64,000 nucleotides of DNA from Azolla caroliniana (taxonomy: Eukaryota; Plantae; Polypodiophyta): NCBI GenBank assembly GCA_043228905.1, contig JBHGNT010000022.1, positions 1,426,001 to 1,490,000 of the forward strand, read 5' to 3'. How positions within the stretch are numbered: position 1 is the stretch's first letter; every line of letters begins with the position of its first letter. The translations under genes were made by a program, and so were the position numbers. The notes beneath the pieces were generated by a model. The model did not search any database. It saw only the letters and a list, made by a program, of their open reading frames with translations, and was not told the origin of the DNA. Positions 12,602 to 25,827 of this stretch are shown piece by piece.

Positions 12602-13100
12602 TATTGTCACGTTGTTGATAAGCTAGGATGTCCAGGATGTTCGTTACAAGGAAATAGGATCACGGATGATTTGATAAATTTTAATAATGAATTATGTTCG
12701 AGAGAATTCTAATATGAAGTTAGACAATGAATTCGTTGTTGACTTATTGTTTTGCCTTACTATGTGGGGTTTTAGAAGGAAATGGATCACGGTTTCCTCT
12801 TATTGGCATATTGTCACATTGTTGATAACCCATGATCTCCAGGATGTTAGTTACAAGGAAATACTGTGGTGGTCACATGGACCACACCCAAATTAGGCCA
12901 CCCAAATTAGACCCCTACCAAGCCCCATAATTAGAAGAGCTAATTGGAGCGGGAGAACACCCTCCACGCTAAGAGTAGTCTATAAAATGTAACTTAGAAC
13001 GTAATGGAAAGGGAGCTATTCTTGAGAGCATTTCACATATTGAGCATTTCACATCTTGGTGGAGAAGACGGGCAAAGCAACCCCAACAACACACGCCACG

Positions 13101-14054
13101 ATGCAACACGACAACAACGGCGGCAACGCCAACTCAATGAATCCGGAATTCCTCCAACAACAAATTCAAGACCATCAGCCCACATCGCCAATCGACCAAC
13201 TGGTTCAAGCCCTGTCCAACATTATTTTACAAGTTAACCCTACTAACCAAGCCATGTTGTAATTTCTTTCAGCAAGATCCGAGCCACAACAGAATCTCCC
13301 GGACCCTCGAGTTCGCCCAAAACCATTCTCTGGCCTACCATCGGAAGACGTCCTCTCTTGGCTGGATCATTTTGAAATGGTGGCCAGTTACCACCAGTGG
13401 CCACACCCCCGGAAGGCAATGGAAATGAAGACACTCCTCGAGAATATCGCAACAACATGGCTCCTACAACAACCCAAAGAGACACGCAACGACTGGGATC
13501 TGTTATGGGCAGCCATGATTCGGATTTTTGCTCATCAAGACTCCCGCCAGACGGCCCTACAACAACTCGAGTCAATTGCCCAACAACCACGCGAACCCAT
13601 CACCCAGTTCGTGGTTCGGTTTCTACAGATCCTACGCCGGGCTGACGCCAAAATTTCGGAAGACATGAAGTTTTCTTTCTTCTGGCCGCGTATCCGACAT
13701 GACCTCCGCCGCCATGTATGCGATCAAGGCCCGACAACACTACACGAAGTCATCCTCACCGCCCAACGCATCGAAGCTACAGACGCGCACAACATGCACA
13801 CACGAGGTAATCTCAGTCACGATCATACAAACACTATGCCAGCCGCCACTCCCATGGACATCAACGTCCAAAATGCGCAATTACGCGCCAAGCGTGCATT
13901 GCCTGAACGAGATAGCCAGGGACACCCCAAATGTTTCTACTACAACAACTATGGCCACATTCGGCGTCACTACCGAAAGTGGCAAAATCACCGACAGAAG
14001 CAGAACGTCCGATTAGCCGACGTTGCCTCCCTCTCTGAGCTGCCGGAAAACTAA
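13101..14054 (+). pseudogene. gag: Gypsy A gag, with an in-frame stop at 13260 and a degenerate CCHC knuckle
   Basis: ORFs 13056-13262 and 13377-14054 are in frame. Retrotransposon gag-like QQPREPITQFVVRF, TPMDIN and CFYYNNYGHIRRHY. Confidence 0.8.
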
Positions 14055-14345
14055 TGCGTGGGGTACCGCAGGGAGAGCCGCCCCCACACGTCCATGCCTC
14101 CACGTCATCAACTTCTCCCGTTTCTCCCACGATCGAGCCGCCCCTGCACGTCCACACCTCCACGTCATCAACTTCTCCCGTTTATACCACGATCGAGCCG
14201 ACCCCGCATGTCCACGCCTCCACGTCATCAACTTCGCCCGTTTGTACCACAATCGCTCGCCTCCAACACACAACCCAAGAAGTTCTCGTCGACTCCAACA
14301 ACAACATCTCTTCCATCAGCGCAGATTTAGTCACCCAATTACAAC
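14054..14345 (+). pseudogene. pol: Gypsy A pol N-terminus: three 20-aa Ser/Thr/Pro repeats and start of protease, cut by Copia B
   Basis: 60-bp repeat x3 (EPPPHVHASTSSTSPVSPTI) followed by EVLVDS. Protease continues after 25827. Confidence 0.75.
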
Positions 14346-14405
14346 TGTTGGGAGACAGGTCCCTCCAGATGGGAAGGGAGAAGAACAGTGCCGACGAAAC
14401 CGGAA

Positions 14406-14625
14406 GAGGAGTACCCGGCTACGGAGAGCCGGATGGTGCAGACCCGGTATGAATCGGATGAGGAGTACCCGGCTTCGGAGAGCCGGATGGTGCAGACCCG
14501 GTATGAACCGGATGAAGAGTACCCGGCTTCGGAGAGCCGGATGGTGCAGACCCGGTATGAACCGGATGAGGAGTACCCAGCTACGGAGAGCCGGATGGTG
14601 CAGACTCGATATGAACCGGATGAAG
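14406..14625 (+). repeat. 54-bp tandem repeat x4 in U3 of Copia B 5' LTR (also ~25147-25366 in the 3' LTR)
   Basis: GA(G/A)GAGTACCCGGCT(A/T)CGGAGAGCCGGATGGTGCAGACCCGGTATGAA(T/C)CGGAT repeated four times in both LTRs. Confidence 0.92.
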
Positions 14626-15086
14626 AGACATATTCGTAAATATGTTTCTGAGAGTCCATCGAGGCTATATTTGTAAATAGCTGAAAAGTCATATTAGTAT
14701 AAATATGACTTAGGGCAAACTTTTAGTTGTAGTTGCTGTCATTTCTTGTTGGTGCAAGAAAAAGAGAGAGTGCGTAACTGTACAGAGAGTGAGAGAGAGA
14801 AAGAGGTCGTTTCCTCTGTTGTAACCACCGTCTGTGGCGAAGATCGTGAGAATGAGGTCGTTGCCTCCATGAACTCACTGTTTGCACATTCCAACATAGT
14901 GATAGTTTGCAGCCTGTGGGCTGCCGTGGTTTTTTCCCCTAGTTTGGAGTTTTCCACGTAAACCTTCTGTGTATCTTCCTCTTCTTTGTGTCGTGGTATC
15001 ATTCTAAGCTCGGCTGTGGCCGAGTGTTGCGCATAAGGAGCGTTGAGTTCTCGTCAAGTGGTATCAGAGCGAAATCGACACAGAAA

Positions 15087-16123
15087 ATGGACGAATCGTT
15101 TGGCGGCATGTTCAAGCTCACCGGCTGCAACTATTCAGTGTGGAAGTCGAAGATGAGGGACATGCTCGTGGTTAAAGATCTTTGGCTACCGGTTCAGTTC
15201 GGGGACAAGAGACTGGACAAGATCGACGCCACAATATGGGAGGTGATGCACATGAAGACAACGGCGTACATACGGTGCTTCATCGACATGAGCCTATACA
15301 ACAACTTCAATGAAGAGAGCAAGGCTCATGAGCTCTGGGAAAAGATCGACATAATGTTTCAAAACAAAAATGTTGTTAACCAGGTTTCGGTATTCCGGAA
15401 CCTAGTAAGACTCCGGTACCAAGATGGCTCCAGCATGGCGGAGCACATGAATGCCTTCCAAGGGCTGATCTACCAGGCCACTTCATTGGAAGTACCTCTC
15501 GCCGATGAGGTACTTGCGCTACTCCTGCTCGGTTCCCTCCCGGATAGCTGGGAGACATTGGTTGTCACTTTGGGCAACACCGGGCCGGAAGGAAAGCGGT
15601 TATCCCTAGCAAGGGTAAAGTCGAGCTTGCTAGATGAGGAGGCGCATCGGAAAGATAAAGATACGAGCTCCGACTCCACAGCGCTCCTTACCGAATCGGA
15701 ACGCGGAAGACATAGAAACCATAGTCCCCAGAACCGGGAGAAGTCGGGGACACGGTCAAAGTCAAGGGGGAGGCCTACTTGCTTCTATTGCGGCAAGACG
15801 GGACACTTCCAGAAGAATTGTCGGCACTTCCGTAAAGACAAGGAAACCGACGGCACCGCTTCGAAGCAGACACCGGACCGAAACGGTAAAGACCGTAGGG
15901 GACCGGACCGGAAGGGAACGACGGCAATCGCGGCAAGTGAAGAGGAGTTGATGCTCATCACCGAGGAGAGTGAGATAAACCTTGCCGGCGACGAGATGAC
16001 CTGGGTGGTAGACTCCGGAGCGTCGTTCCACCTCACCCCGGACCGGAAATGCTTCTCATCCTACTCAGCCGGTGATCACGGCTGTGTCCGGATGGGGAAT
16101 GAAGGTACATGCCGAATTGTCAG
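15087..16123 (+). pseudogene. gag-pol: Copia B gag-protease, interrupted by Copia C
   Basis: LTGCNYSVWKSKM, LLLGSLPDSWETLV, knuckle CFYCGKTGHFQKNC, protease WVVDSGASFH. Confidence 0.92.
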
Positions 16124-16461
16124 TGTTGAGCGGCAAGCTCAACCGGAGCTGGATCGGCTGAATAAGCCGGAGCCGGTGAGCGAGACGGATCGAGCGAAAC
16201 GGATCGGTATGACGGTGAGCAACCGAACCGGCAATCAGTGGAGGCCGGGTGCAATCCGTAACCGGCAGTCCAATCGGAAGCCTAGTACAGGAGAGACTAC
16301 TAGGTAGCTATAGTCTCGTAGTAAGTGTCAGATGCTCATGTGAGCATTGAAGTACATGGTACGTTTGTCAGTCCCAAGAGGACTTGTATAAATAGTGCTA
16401 CTTAGCACAGTGTATAAAATAGGTCTTGATATAATTTTGAAATAGTGTTCTGCTCTCTCTG

Positions 16462-16492
<31 letters not shown>

Positions 16493-19400
16493 GTCTGTGT
16501 TGTTCTCTGTTTTACGCTTCCGCAAACACTTACGTTTACATGGTATCAGAGCGCGAGGGTTGAGAACCTCTGCTGCAGACATTTACTCTTGAGAAGAAAA
16601 CCCTAACAGGTCGAAAACAGACACAGTAGAAGACATGGATAGAGGCATGGCTACGTCGCTCCCGGTGGAGAAGCTCGATAGGAGCAACTACGCATCCTGG
16701 TCTTACAAGATGCACCAGTACCTGCTTGGACACGGGTACTGGAGTTATGTCGAAGGAGCGAATGATGCGGCGCCAGACTCGGCACACAAGGACTTCCCGG
16801 TATGGGAACAGGCGGCAAGCAGGGTGATGTACTGCTTCGCGTCCAGTGTCGCCGATCAGCTGCTCAACCACATCCGTGACGCCAAGACACCGAAGGATGC
16901 TTGGGGGAACCTGAAAAAGGTTTTCACCGCTGCCCGGAAGCTGCAACTCAGATAGGAGTTGAGCAATGTTCGACAAAAGAACATGTCCGTGGCAGACTAC
17001 ACGGGCCGGATAAAGGAGATCTGCGACTCGCTCGCCTCTATCAATGTTATCGTAGAGGAAGACGAGATGGTGCAGGTATGTCTCGGAGGCCTGGCGTCCA
17101 AGTTTGGAGCGTTCCGGACTACGGTGTATACAAGGGAGAATACCCCCTCATTCTTCGACTTATAGTCGATGCTCCTTGTAGAGGAGAACCACGCTAGTGC
17201 ATCTACCAGTGCATCCCCGGACAGCCGAATGTTGTACACAGGAACGGATCAGCTCCATGGGCGTGGTCGAAGAGGTGGGTCGGCACGCAATAGAGGCTGC
17301 CGGCAAGAGTAGGAATGGAGGCACTATGAGCGTGCGACAACAGTTCCGGGACTTCCACAAGCAGGGGGAGTCAAGGCGGTGCCGGAGGCCGGCAAGACAA
17401 ATCCGCTACGGAATGCTGGTATTGTGGCAAAAAAGGCCACAGGGAAAGCGAGTGCTGGAGAAACCGTGCCGATTCGAACAAATCCGGATCTGGCAAGACC
17501 GGTAAGGATGGCCGGCAAAACTCGCACTACGCAAACGGATCAAGAGGATCCGGAACCAGAAAGGCCGGTAAGGGGCCAGCCTTGGTGATGAATCACAAGG
17601 CAAACTCAATGAAGAAGACCACTTCCAAAACGGAGGAAGTGTGGTATGTTGATTCCAGCGCGTCGAACCACATGACGAGCCACAAAGAGTGGTTCTCCTT
17701 TCTGGAGAAACCGGATCAACCAGGAGTAGTCAAAACCGGAGACGACACTCCTCACCCAATCGTGCACGTCGGAGAAGTCCCTCTAAGCCACGTTGGACAA
17801 AAAGGGAAGCTGATAAACGTATTACATGTTCCGACAATCACGAAGAACCTGGTGTCCGTCGATCAGATTGTCGACCAGGGGATGCAGGTGCGGTTTACGC
17901 ACCTCGGGTGCTTCATTGAGGATGAGGGCGAAGTCATTGCACAAGGGCGCAGAGACGGGAGGATGTTTATCCTCAACACCAATGACTTTGGCACCGCTCT
18001 GTTCGCGAAACGACAGAAGGTCGAGTCGGACATCGACCTGTGGCACAAGCGGATAGGCCACGTCAACTACCGGAGGCTTCAAGACCTGCAAACGAAACAA
18101 GTCGTTTTCGGTTTGCCGAAGTTCAGCGGCCGGAGAGCCGAAATTTGTGAAGCCTGCCAACTTGGGAAGCAACACCGGCTTCCATTCCCCACCGAACGGA
18201 ACTGGAGCCGTAACAAGCTCGATCTCATCCATTCGGATGTGTGGGGACCGGCACAAAGTGTAAGCCTTGGCGGGAGCCGATACATCGTCTCCTTCATCGA
18301 CGACTATACTCGACATACTTGGATCTACCTCATTGAGCGGAAGAGCGAAGTCTTCGACTATTTCCGGAGCCTCCAGAAGATGGTGGAACGGGAATCGGAG
18401 AGGAAGATCAAATGCCTTCGGTCGGATGGCGGAAAGGAATATTTTTCCGGCCAATTCACTAGTTATCTGCAGCAGAAGGGAATTTGGCGAGAGTTCAGCT
18501 GCAGATACACACCGGAGCAAAACGGTGTGGCCGAAAGGAAGAACTGGACACTCGTCGAAGAGGCAAGGGCAATGCTAGAGGAGAAGAGCATGCTCCGGTT
18601 CTACTGGGCGGAGGCGGTTCAGACGGCCGTCTACATACAAAACCGAATTGGTGACAAGGTGTCAGCTCATGAGCTGTATTTCGGGCGCAAGCCGAACTTA
18701 AGACACCTTTGGATATTCGGCAGCATAGCGTATGTGCATGTACCGGATTAGAAGCGGAGAAAGCTGGATGCAAAATCGGAAAAATGCATCCTAGTCGGCT
18801 ATGCTCAAGAGCAAAAGGGGTATAAGTGCTATAACCCCCGGACGAAGGAAGTCCGAGTTAGCCGGGATGTCGAGTTCGACAAATCGGCATCTTGGTACAC
18901 CGTACCGACTCCGACTTCCGATCCCGACCCAATGCCGGAAGATCAGGCCAGTGAGCCTGAATCAGCCCTGGCAGAGGATGATGAAGCCAGGACTCAAGAT
19001 GAGAGTCCGGAATCGTTTCGGTTGAGTGGACTGAACGAGCGACTGAGTCGGTTGGACCAGTCGGATGAAGAGACGGCAAGTGGTGGAGACTCTACCGTGC
19101 TCTCCCCGCGCAAGGAACCGAGGAAACGGTTCACACGCAAAGAGAAGGGGAAGAGGAAGATGCCGGAATTCGAAACCGGCAACGATGAGTCGGATCGGTG
19201 CCTATCCGACTCCGGAAAGGAGAAAGGCAGATCTTCGGTAACGAAGACCGAACTGGCCAACAAGGGCCTCAAATCAGGTGACGGTGCGTTGCGCCGATCA
19301 ACCCGTCAGAAGGATCCCGTCGTGCGGTACGGGTACAATGAATACATGGCACATCATTATGCGTACATGACTAAGGTGACAGAAGTGCGTGAGCCGGAAA

Positions 19401-21989
19401 GCTACGCAGAAGCGGCAAGGGACGCAAATTGGCGTGCCGCTATGGACGAAGAAATGCGGGCACTCGATGCCAACGAAACTTGGGACCTAGTTGATCCTCC
19501 CTGTCACTGTAAACCGATCGGATGTAAGTGGGTGTACAAGGTCAAGTACAACGCCGACGGTTCTGTTAACCGGTACAAAGCCCGGTTAGTGGCGAAGGGA
19601 TATGCGCGGACCCACGGAATCGACTACGACGAGACCTTCGCTCCTGTGGCGAAGATGACGACGGTTCGTGTGGTACTGGTGGTTGTTGCGGCAAGGGGGT
19701 GGCATCTTCACCAGATGGATGTGAAGAATGCCTTCCTTCAAGGAGAGCTTGAAGAAGAAGTCTTTATGATTCAGCCCCTCGGATTTCAATCGGAGATGAA
19801 CAAATCGGCGGTATGCCGACTGAAGAAGTCGCTTTACGGCTTGAAGTAAGCCCCCCGAGCTTGGAACACAAAGATCACGCACCGGTTGCGTAAGCTGGGG
19901 TTTGCTGTCTCTAAGTCGGACTCTTTGTTGTTCATCCGGCAAGGCTCTGACGGTCTGGTATGTATACTCTTGTATGTGGATGATTTAGTCATCACCGGAC
20001 CGGGTCTTCCCGAAATCAACCACGTCAAGTCCCAGTTGTCGGACGCATTCGAAATGAAGGACCTGGGGGACCTTCATTATTTTCTTGGGATCGAAGTGAT
20101 CCGGACCCCCGACGGCATATTGCTCTCACAACGACATTACGTGTTGAATATGTTGTATAAGTTCGGCATGACGAATTGCCGACCTGTCTCCACACCCCTG
20201 GACCGGAACCAGAAGCTCTGTCCCAACTCCAGACCGGCCTGCAATGAGAAACGGTTCCGACAGGTTGTCGGAAGCCTGATCTACTTTACCATCACCCGAC
20301 CCGACATCAGCTATCCGGTCGGCATGGTAAGCCAGTTCATGCAGAAGCCGACCATGGAGCACCTCTAGTGCGCGCAACGAATATTACGGTATGTCAGCGG
20401 CACTAAGGACCGGGGACTGCTATACCGGCGAGGTATACCCAAAGAGCTTGTCAGTTACACAGATGCTGACTGGCACGGCGATGCGTCTGATCGCCGCTCC
20501 ACTTCCGGATACATGTTCTCCATAGGTAGCGCGGCTGTTGCGTGGAGCAGCAAGAAGCAGCCCACAGTGGCTTTGTCAAGCACTGAGGCTGAGTGCCGGG
20601 CCGCTACCGTTGCCACCTGTGAAGCCATCTGGCTTCGGCGACTGCTGCGAGACATGCGGATCGAGGTACCGACCCCGATCCCGATTTACTACGATAACAT
20701 GAGCAACCTGCAGCTCGCCAGGAACCCTGTGTTCCATGCTCGCACAAAGCACATCGAGGTGCACTACCACTTCATGCGTGAGCGGGTCCTGAACGGTGAA
20801 GTTGACCTACAGTATGTTCATACGAATCGGCAAGTTGCCGACATCTTCACCAAGCCGCTCGGATCGGACAAGTTGCAGCACTTTACCGACATGCTTGGTA
20901 TTCAGCATCTCGACGTGCCGCACTTGAGGGGGAGAAGCCAGGGCAAAATCTCTACCGAAACGAGCAAAGGCCAAAAACCTGTTGAACCCATCGGTAAGAG
21001 GAGAGCCGGAAGAAGAGGAGACAAGAAGCTGAAGGAAGCCGAGTCGACGAAGGAAGTCGACACATCCGAACAGGTCGGAGCAAGCGGTTGTGAAGAAGAG
21101 TTGTGCACTCAGGAAGAGAAGCGCATGCTGTGCGGAGGTCATCACGACGGTACTGACCATGATACAGAGTCGAATGAAGAATTCGATTTCGGTTCACCGG
21201 CTGAAGAAGCCGAGGGAAGCATGGAGAAGGCCAGGACTCGGAAGTGGTCTGATTTGGTGAGAGGCCTGACGCCGGAAGTCGAATCGGAGTGTACCGATTC
21301 GGACAAGAGCTGGAAAGAGTCGGAGACAGCTGACTCGGATCAACAGATGGATCCGGATGAGACGGATCGACTGAAGGCCAAGGGGACACGGACAAAGCGG
21401 AAGTCGATGCCATCGTGGGAGAACCGACGGATCGGCAAGCGCCGGAGTCACAACAACGTGAGTGCTGAGATGGGCCTATTGAGCAGACATGCCGACCGAG
21501 AGGGTCGAGGCGCGCAGAACCAAAGGGGTCGCGGCAAACGGAACCGGACCAGACGAGGAGCGCAAGCAAAGCGGAGTGACGCCAGGAGAAGTCGGTTGGA
21601 AGAACCGACTGCCACAGAGGTCGACACTATGACCCCACCTCAGATTGAGCTTGAGGGGGAGTGTTGAGCGGCAAGCTCAACCGGAGCCGAATCGGCTGAA
21701 TAAGCCGGAGCCGGTGAGCGAGACGGATCGAGCGAAACGGATCGGTATGACGGTGAGCAACCGAACCGGCAATCAGTGGAGGCCGGGTGCAATCCGTAAC
21801 CGGCAGTCCAATCAGAAGCCTAGTACATGAGAAACTACTAGGTAGCTATAGTCTCGTAGTAAGTGTCAGATGCTCGTGTGAGCATTGAAGTACATGGTAC
21901 TTTTGTCAGTCCCAAGAGGACTTGTATAAATAGTGCTACTTAGCACAATGTATAAAAGAGGTCTTGATATAATTTTGAAATAGCGTTCT

Positions 21990-22022
<33 letters not shown>

Positions 22023-22064
22023 GTTGTTCTCTGTTTTACGCTTCCGCAAACACTTACGTTTACA
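16124..22064 (+). mobile_element. Copia C: Ty1/Copia element, LTRs 16124-16540 and 21662-22064
   Basis: TG...CA LTRs with (CT)n, TSD GTCAG/GTCGG (one transition), PBS TGGTATCAGAGC at 16541, PPT GAGGGGGAG before 21662. Excision restores the B frame CRIVGIGD. Confidence 0.96.
16635..21667 (+). pseudogene. gag-pol: Copia C gag-pol (gag, PR, INT, RT, RNase H, long C-terminal extension), several stops and frameshifts
   Basis: KLDRSNYASWSYKM, WYVDSSASNHM, IHSDVWGP, LRSDGGKEY, HQMDVKNAFL, LLYVDDL, HARTKHIEVHYHF. Confidence 0.93.
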
Positions 22065-25000
22065 GTCGGCATAGGAGACATGTGGTTGTCAACACCAACC
22101 GGATGCAAGTTGCTGCTGAAGGATGTCTGACACGTTCCGGAGGTTCGTCTGAACCTGATATCAGCCGGTCGGCTAGATGATGAAGGCTACACGGGTAGCA
22201 TCCGGAACGGTGTCATGAAGTTCAGCAAAGGGAGCTTGATTGTGGCTCGGGCCTGGAAGGTAAACACGTTGTGCCTGATGAATGCCCGGTTATGTTCGGA
22301 GGAAGTGAACGTGGCATCCGACACTGCCGGTGAGCTGTGGCACAAGAGGCTGTGTCACATGAGCAAGAAGAGGATGAAGAGGCTTGCAGACGACAACCTC
22401 ATTCCAGTGAAGAACGTGCACTTAGAGAAGTGCATTGATTGTCTAGCCGGTAAGCAGAACCGGACCTCCTTCCGACCAAGGCCACCGATGAGACGTAATG
22501 CACCACTGGAGTTGGTGGATACGGATGTGTGTCAAGTAGACACAAAGTCACATGCCGGAGCGCAGTACTTCGTGACGTTCATAGATGACCACAGCCGGAA
22601 GTTGTGGACCACACCGTTGAAGACGAAGGATCAGGTGCTATCCGTCTTCAAAGAGCTCCACGCGAGAGTGGAAAGAGAAACCGGCCGGAAGCTGAAGGCG
22701 GTTCGAGCAGATAACGAAGGAGAATACCGGGGGCAGTTCGAGGAGTATTGCCGCTCGAAGGGAATCCGGCTCGAATTTACCATGCCGAAGACGCCGGAAC
22801 TAAACGGACTGGCCGAGAGGATGAACCGAACCATAATGGAGAGGGTCTGGAGTATGCTAGCGCATGCAAAACTACCCAAGAAGTTTTGGGCTGAGGCATT
22901 GTCGACGGCGACATACGTGATAAACAGATCACCCTCAGTACCCTTGGACGGAGACACGCCACAGAGAGTATGGACCGGTAAGGAAGTGTCCTACCGGCAT
23001 CTGAAGGTGTTCGGGTGTCTCGCGTACGTGCATGTAGCAAAGGACCGGAGAGGAAAGTTAGATCCAAAGATCCGACCATGCATATTCCTCGGTTACGGTG
23101 ACGATGAGTTCGGCTACTGAGTGTGGGACCTGGTCGACAAGAAGGTATTCCGAAGTCGAGATATTATCTTCATGGAGGACAAGACGCTCGCCGACTGGGA
23201 GTCGGAGAAGAAGATAATGAACTCCGAGTCGACCGGTAAGGATCGACTCTACGATGAGTAGACCCAACCGGCGAGAGACCAGTTAGCACTCGAAGAACCA
23301 GCCGGATACGGTGAGGATACCGAACCGGCAGAAGAAGTAGAGGAAGCTGAGACCGGAACTGGCCTAGACCCCGAATCGGATTCGGATGAAGAGCAAATGG
23401 AGGAGCCGGCTACCGAAGCCCAAAGACGGAGATATCCTCTTAGAGAGAGAAGGGCCCCCCGGAGATTTCCGGATGCAGAGCATGTTCTGCTAACCGATGA
23501 GGGGGAGCCGGAAAGCTTCAAAGAAGCGAAGGATGACACCCACAGCCGCAAATGGTTAAGTGCCATGCAGGACGAGATGGATTCCCTGCATGAGAACCAT
23601 ACGTACGAATTGGTGGAGTTGCCGAAAGGAAAGCGGGCACTCCGAAACAAGTGGGTGTACAAGTTGAAACCGGGAGATGCCGGCAACCCCCCGAGATACA
23701 AAGCCAGGATCGTGGTGAAGGGGTTCCAGCAGAAGAAGGGCGTGGACTTCGACGAGATATTTGCCCCGGTAGTAAAGATGACCTCCATCCGGACGGTGCT
23801 GAGTATAGCAGCAAGCATGGACCTCGAGGTAGAGCAGCTGGACGTGAAGACGACATTCCTTCACGGTGACCTCGAAGAGGAGATCTACATGCAGCAACCG
23901 GAAGGTTTCGCGGAGAAAGGGAAGGAGCACCTGGTATGCCGATTGAAGAAGAGCCTGTACGGACTGAAGCAGGCTCCCCGACAATGGTACCGAAAGTTTG
24001 ACTCCTTCATGACCGATCAAGGGTACCACAAGACGCAGGCCGATCACTGCGTGTTTGTGAAGAAGTTCGAAGGAGGCGACTTCTTGATACTCCTTCTGTA
24101 CGTGGATGACATGTTGATCGTCAGACGGGACCAAGTCAAAATACGGATGTTGAAGAAGGCTCTAAACCGGACCTTCTCAATGAAAGACTTGGGTCCGGCA
24201 AGACAGATGCTAGGGATGCACATCATTCGGGACCGGTCAGCGAAGCAATTATGGCTGTCATAGGAGAAGTACGTGACAAAGGTGCTTCACCGGTTCAACA
24301 TGTCAGAGGCGAAACCGGTCGGATCAACACTTCCGGCAAACTGCAGGCTATCATGTGAGCAAAGCCCGAAGACGAAAGCAGAGAAGGCAGATATGATGAA
24401 GATTCCATATGCCTCTACCGTCGGGAGCTTGATGTACGCAATGGTTTGTACCCGATCGGACATAGGATACGCAGTCGGAGTGGTGAGCCGGTTTATGAGC
24501 AATCCCGGCAAGGAGCACTAGAACGCGGTCAAATGGATACTCCAGTATTTGAAGGGCACTTCAAATATGTGTCTCCGATTCGGCTCCGGAAAACCTCAAC
24601 TGGACGGTTTCACCGATTCGGACATGTCGGCTGATGTGGATACCAGCCGGTCTACATCCGGGTATGTAATAACATATGCAGGGGGAGTTGTTTCGTGGCA
24701 GTCGAGGTTGCAGAAGACGGTTGCATTGTAAACCACAGAGGCGGAGTATATGGCGGCTGTGGAAGCCGGCAAGGAAATATTATGGATGAAGGACTTCATC
24801 GGAGAGCTCGGTATCCGGCAAGAGGAATACTGACTCTATTGCGACAGTCAAAGTGCCATCCACCTTGCTAAGAATGCGGCCTACCATTCTCGGACGAAGC
24901 ATATCCAGCGAAGATATCACTGGATCCGGGAAAGAGTAGATGACCAGGAGTTCGCGCTGACAAAGATCCACACGGCCGAGAACGGGTCAGATATGCTGAC

Positions 25001-25076
25001 CAAAGTTCTGATACCCGACAAGCTAGATGCATGCCGGAAGCGGATCGGACTGATAAGACACCCCATGCCGGAGTGA
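22065..25076 (+). pseudogene. pol: Copia B pol remainder (PR end, INT, RT, RNase H) with nonsense mutations
   Basis: LWHKRLCH, FIDDHSRK, NGLAERMNRT, EQLDVKTTFLHGDL, LLLYVDDML, FTDSDM. Stops at 23118, 24261, 24519 and 24729 among others. Confidence 0.93.
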
Positions 25077-25827
25077 AGGGGGAGTTTGTTGGGAGACAGG
25101 TCCCTCCGGATGGGAAGGGAGAAGAACAGTGCCAACGAAACCGGAAGAGGAGTACCCGGCTACGGAGAGCCGGATGGTGCAGACCCGGTATGAATCGGAT
25201 GAGGAGTACCCGGCTTCGGAGAGCCGGATGGTGCAGACCCGGTATGAACCGGATGAAGAGTACCCGGCTTCGGAGAGCCGGATGGTGCAGACCCGGTATG
25301 AACCGGATGAGGAGTACTCGGCTACGGAGAGCCGGATGGTGCAGACCCGGTATGAACCGGATGAAGAGACAAATTCGTAAATATGTTTCTGAGAGTCCAT
25401 TGAGGCTATATTTGTAAATAGCCGAAAAGTCATATTAGTATAAATATGATTTAGGGCAAACTTTTAGTTGTAGTTGCTGTCATTTCTTATTGGTGCAAGA
25501 AAAAGAGAGAGTGCGTAACTGTACAGAGAGTGAGAGAGAGAAAGAGGTCGTTGCCTCTGTTGTAACCGCCGTCTGTGGCGAAGATCGTGAGCACGAGGTC
25601 GTTGCCTCCGTGAACTCACTGTTTGTACATTCCAACATAGTGATAGTTTGCAGCCTGTGGGCTGCCGTGGTTTTTTCCCCTAGTTTGGGGTTTTCCATGT
25701 AAACCTCCTGTGTATCTTCCTCTTCTTTGTGTCGTGGTTCATTTCCCGCTTTCTATGTATCATTCTAAGCTCGGTTGTGGTCGAGCGTTGCGCATAAGGA
25801 GCGGAGCGTTGAGTTCCCGTCAACAAC

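Larger units (their letters stand above)
2290..12864 (-). repeat. tRNA-Arg(UCU)-derived tandem satellite, block 1 (~31 mostly degenerate copies)
   Basis: Recurrent plus-strand GCACGCTTGGTGGGACTCGAACCCACAATCCCTTGATTAGAAGTCAAGTGCCTTATCCATTAGGCCACAAGCGC (reverse complement of tRNA-Arg-TCT) with conserved spacers. Interrupted at 2944-3262, 7041-8646 and 11887-12601. Confidence 0.93.
14346..25822 (+). mobile_element. Copia B: Ty1/Copia element, LTRs 14346-15056 and 25087-25822, hosting Copia C
   Basis: TG...CA LTRs, TSD ACAAC (14341-45 / 25823-27), PBS TGGTATCAGAGC (tRNA-iMet) at 15059, PPT GAAGGGGGAG at 25075. Confidence 0.96.

Noticed and set aside
14388-14639. Repeat peptide EEYPASESRMVQTRYEPD (also 25129-25380)
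   Set aside because: It comes from the 54-bp U3 repeat, which is open in several frames and on both strands. No evidence of coding.
17822-18520. Long antisense ORFs over Copia pol (also 23249-24134 and similar)
   Set aside because: Shadow ORFs of GC-rich retroelement coding sequence.
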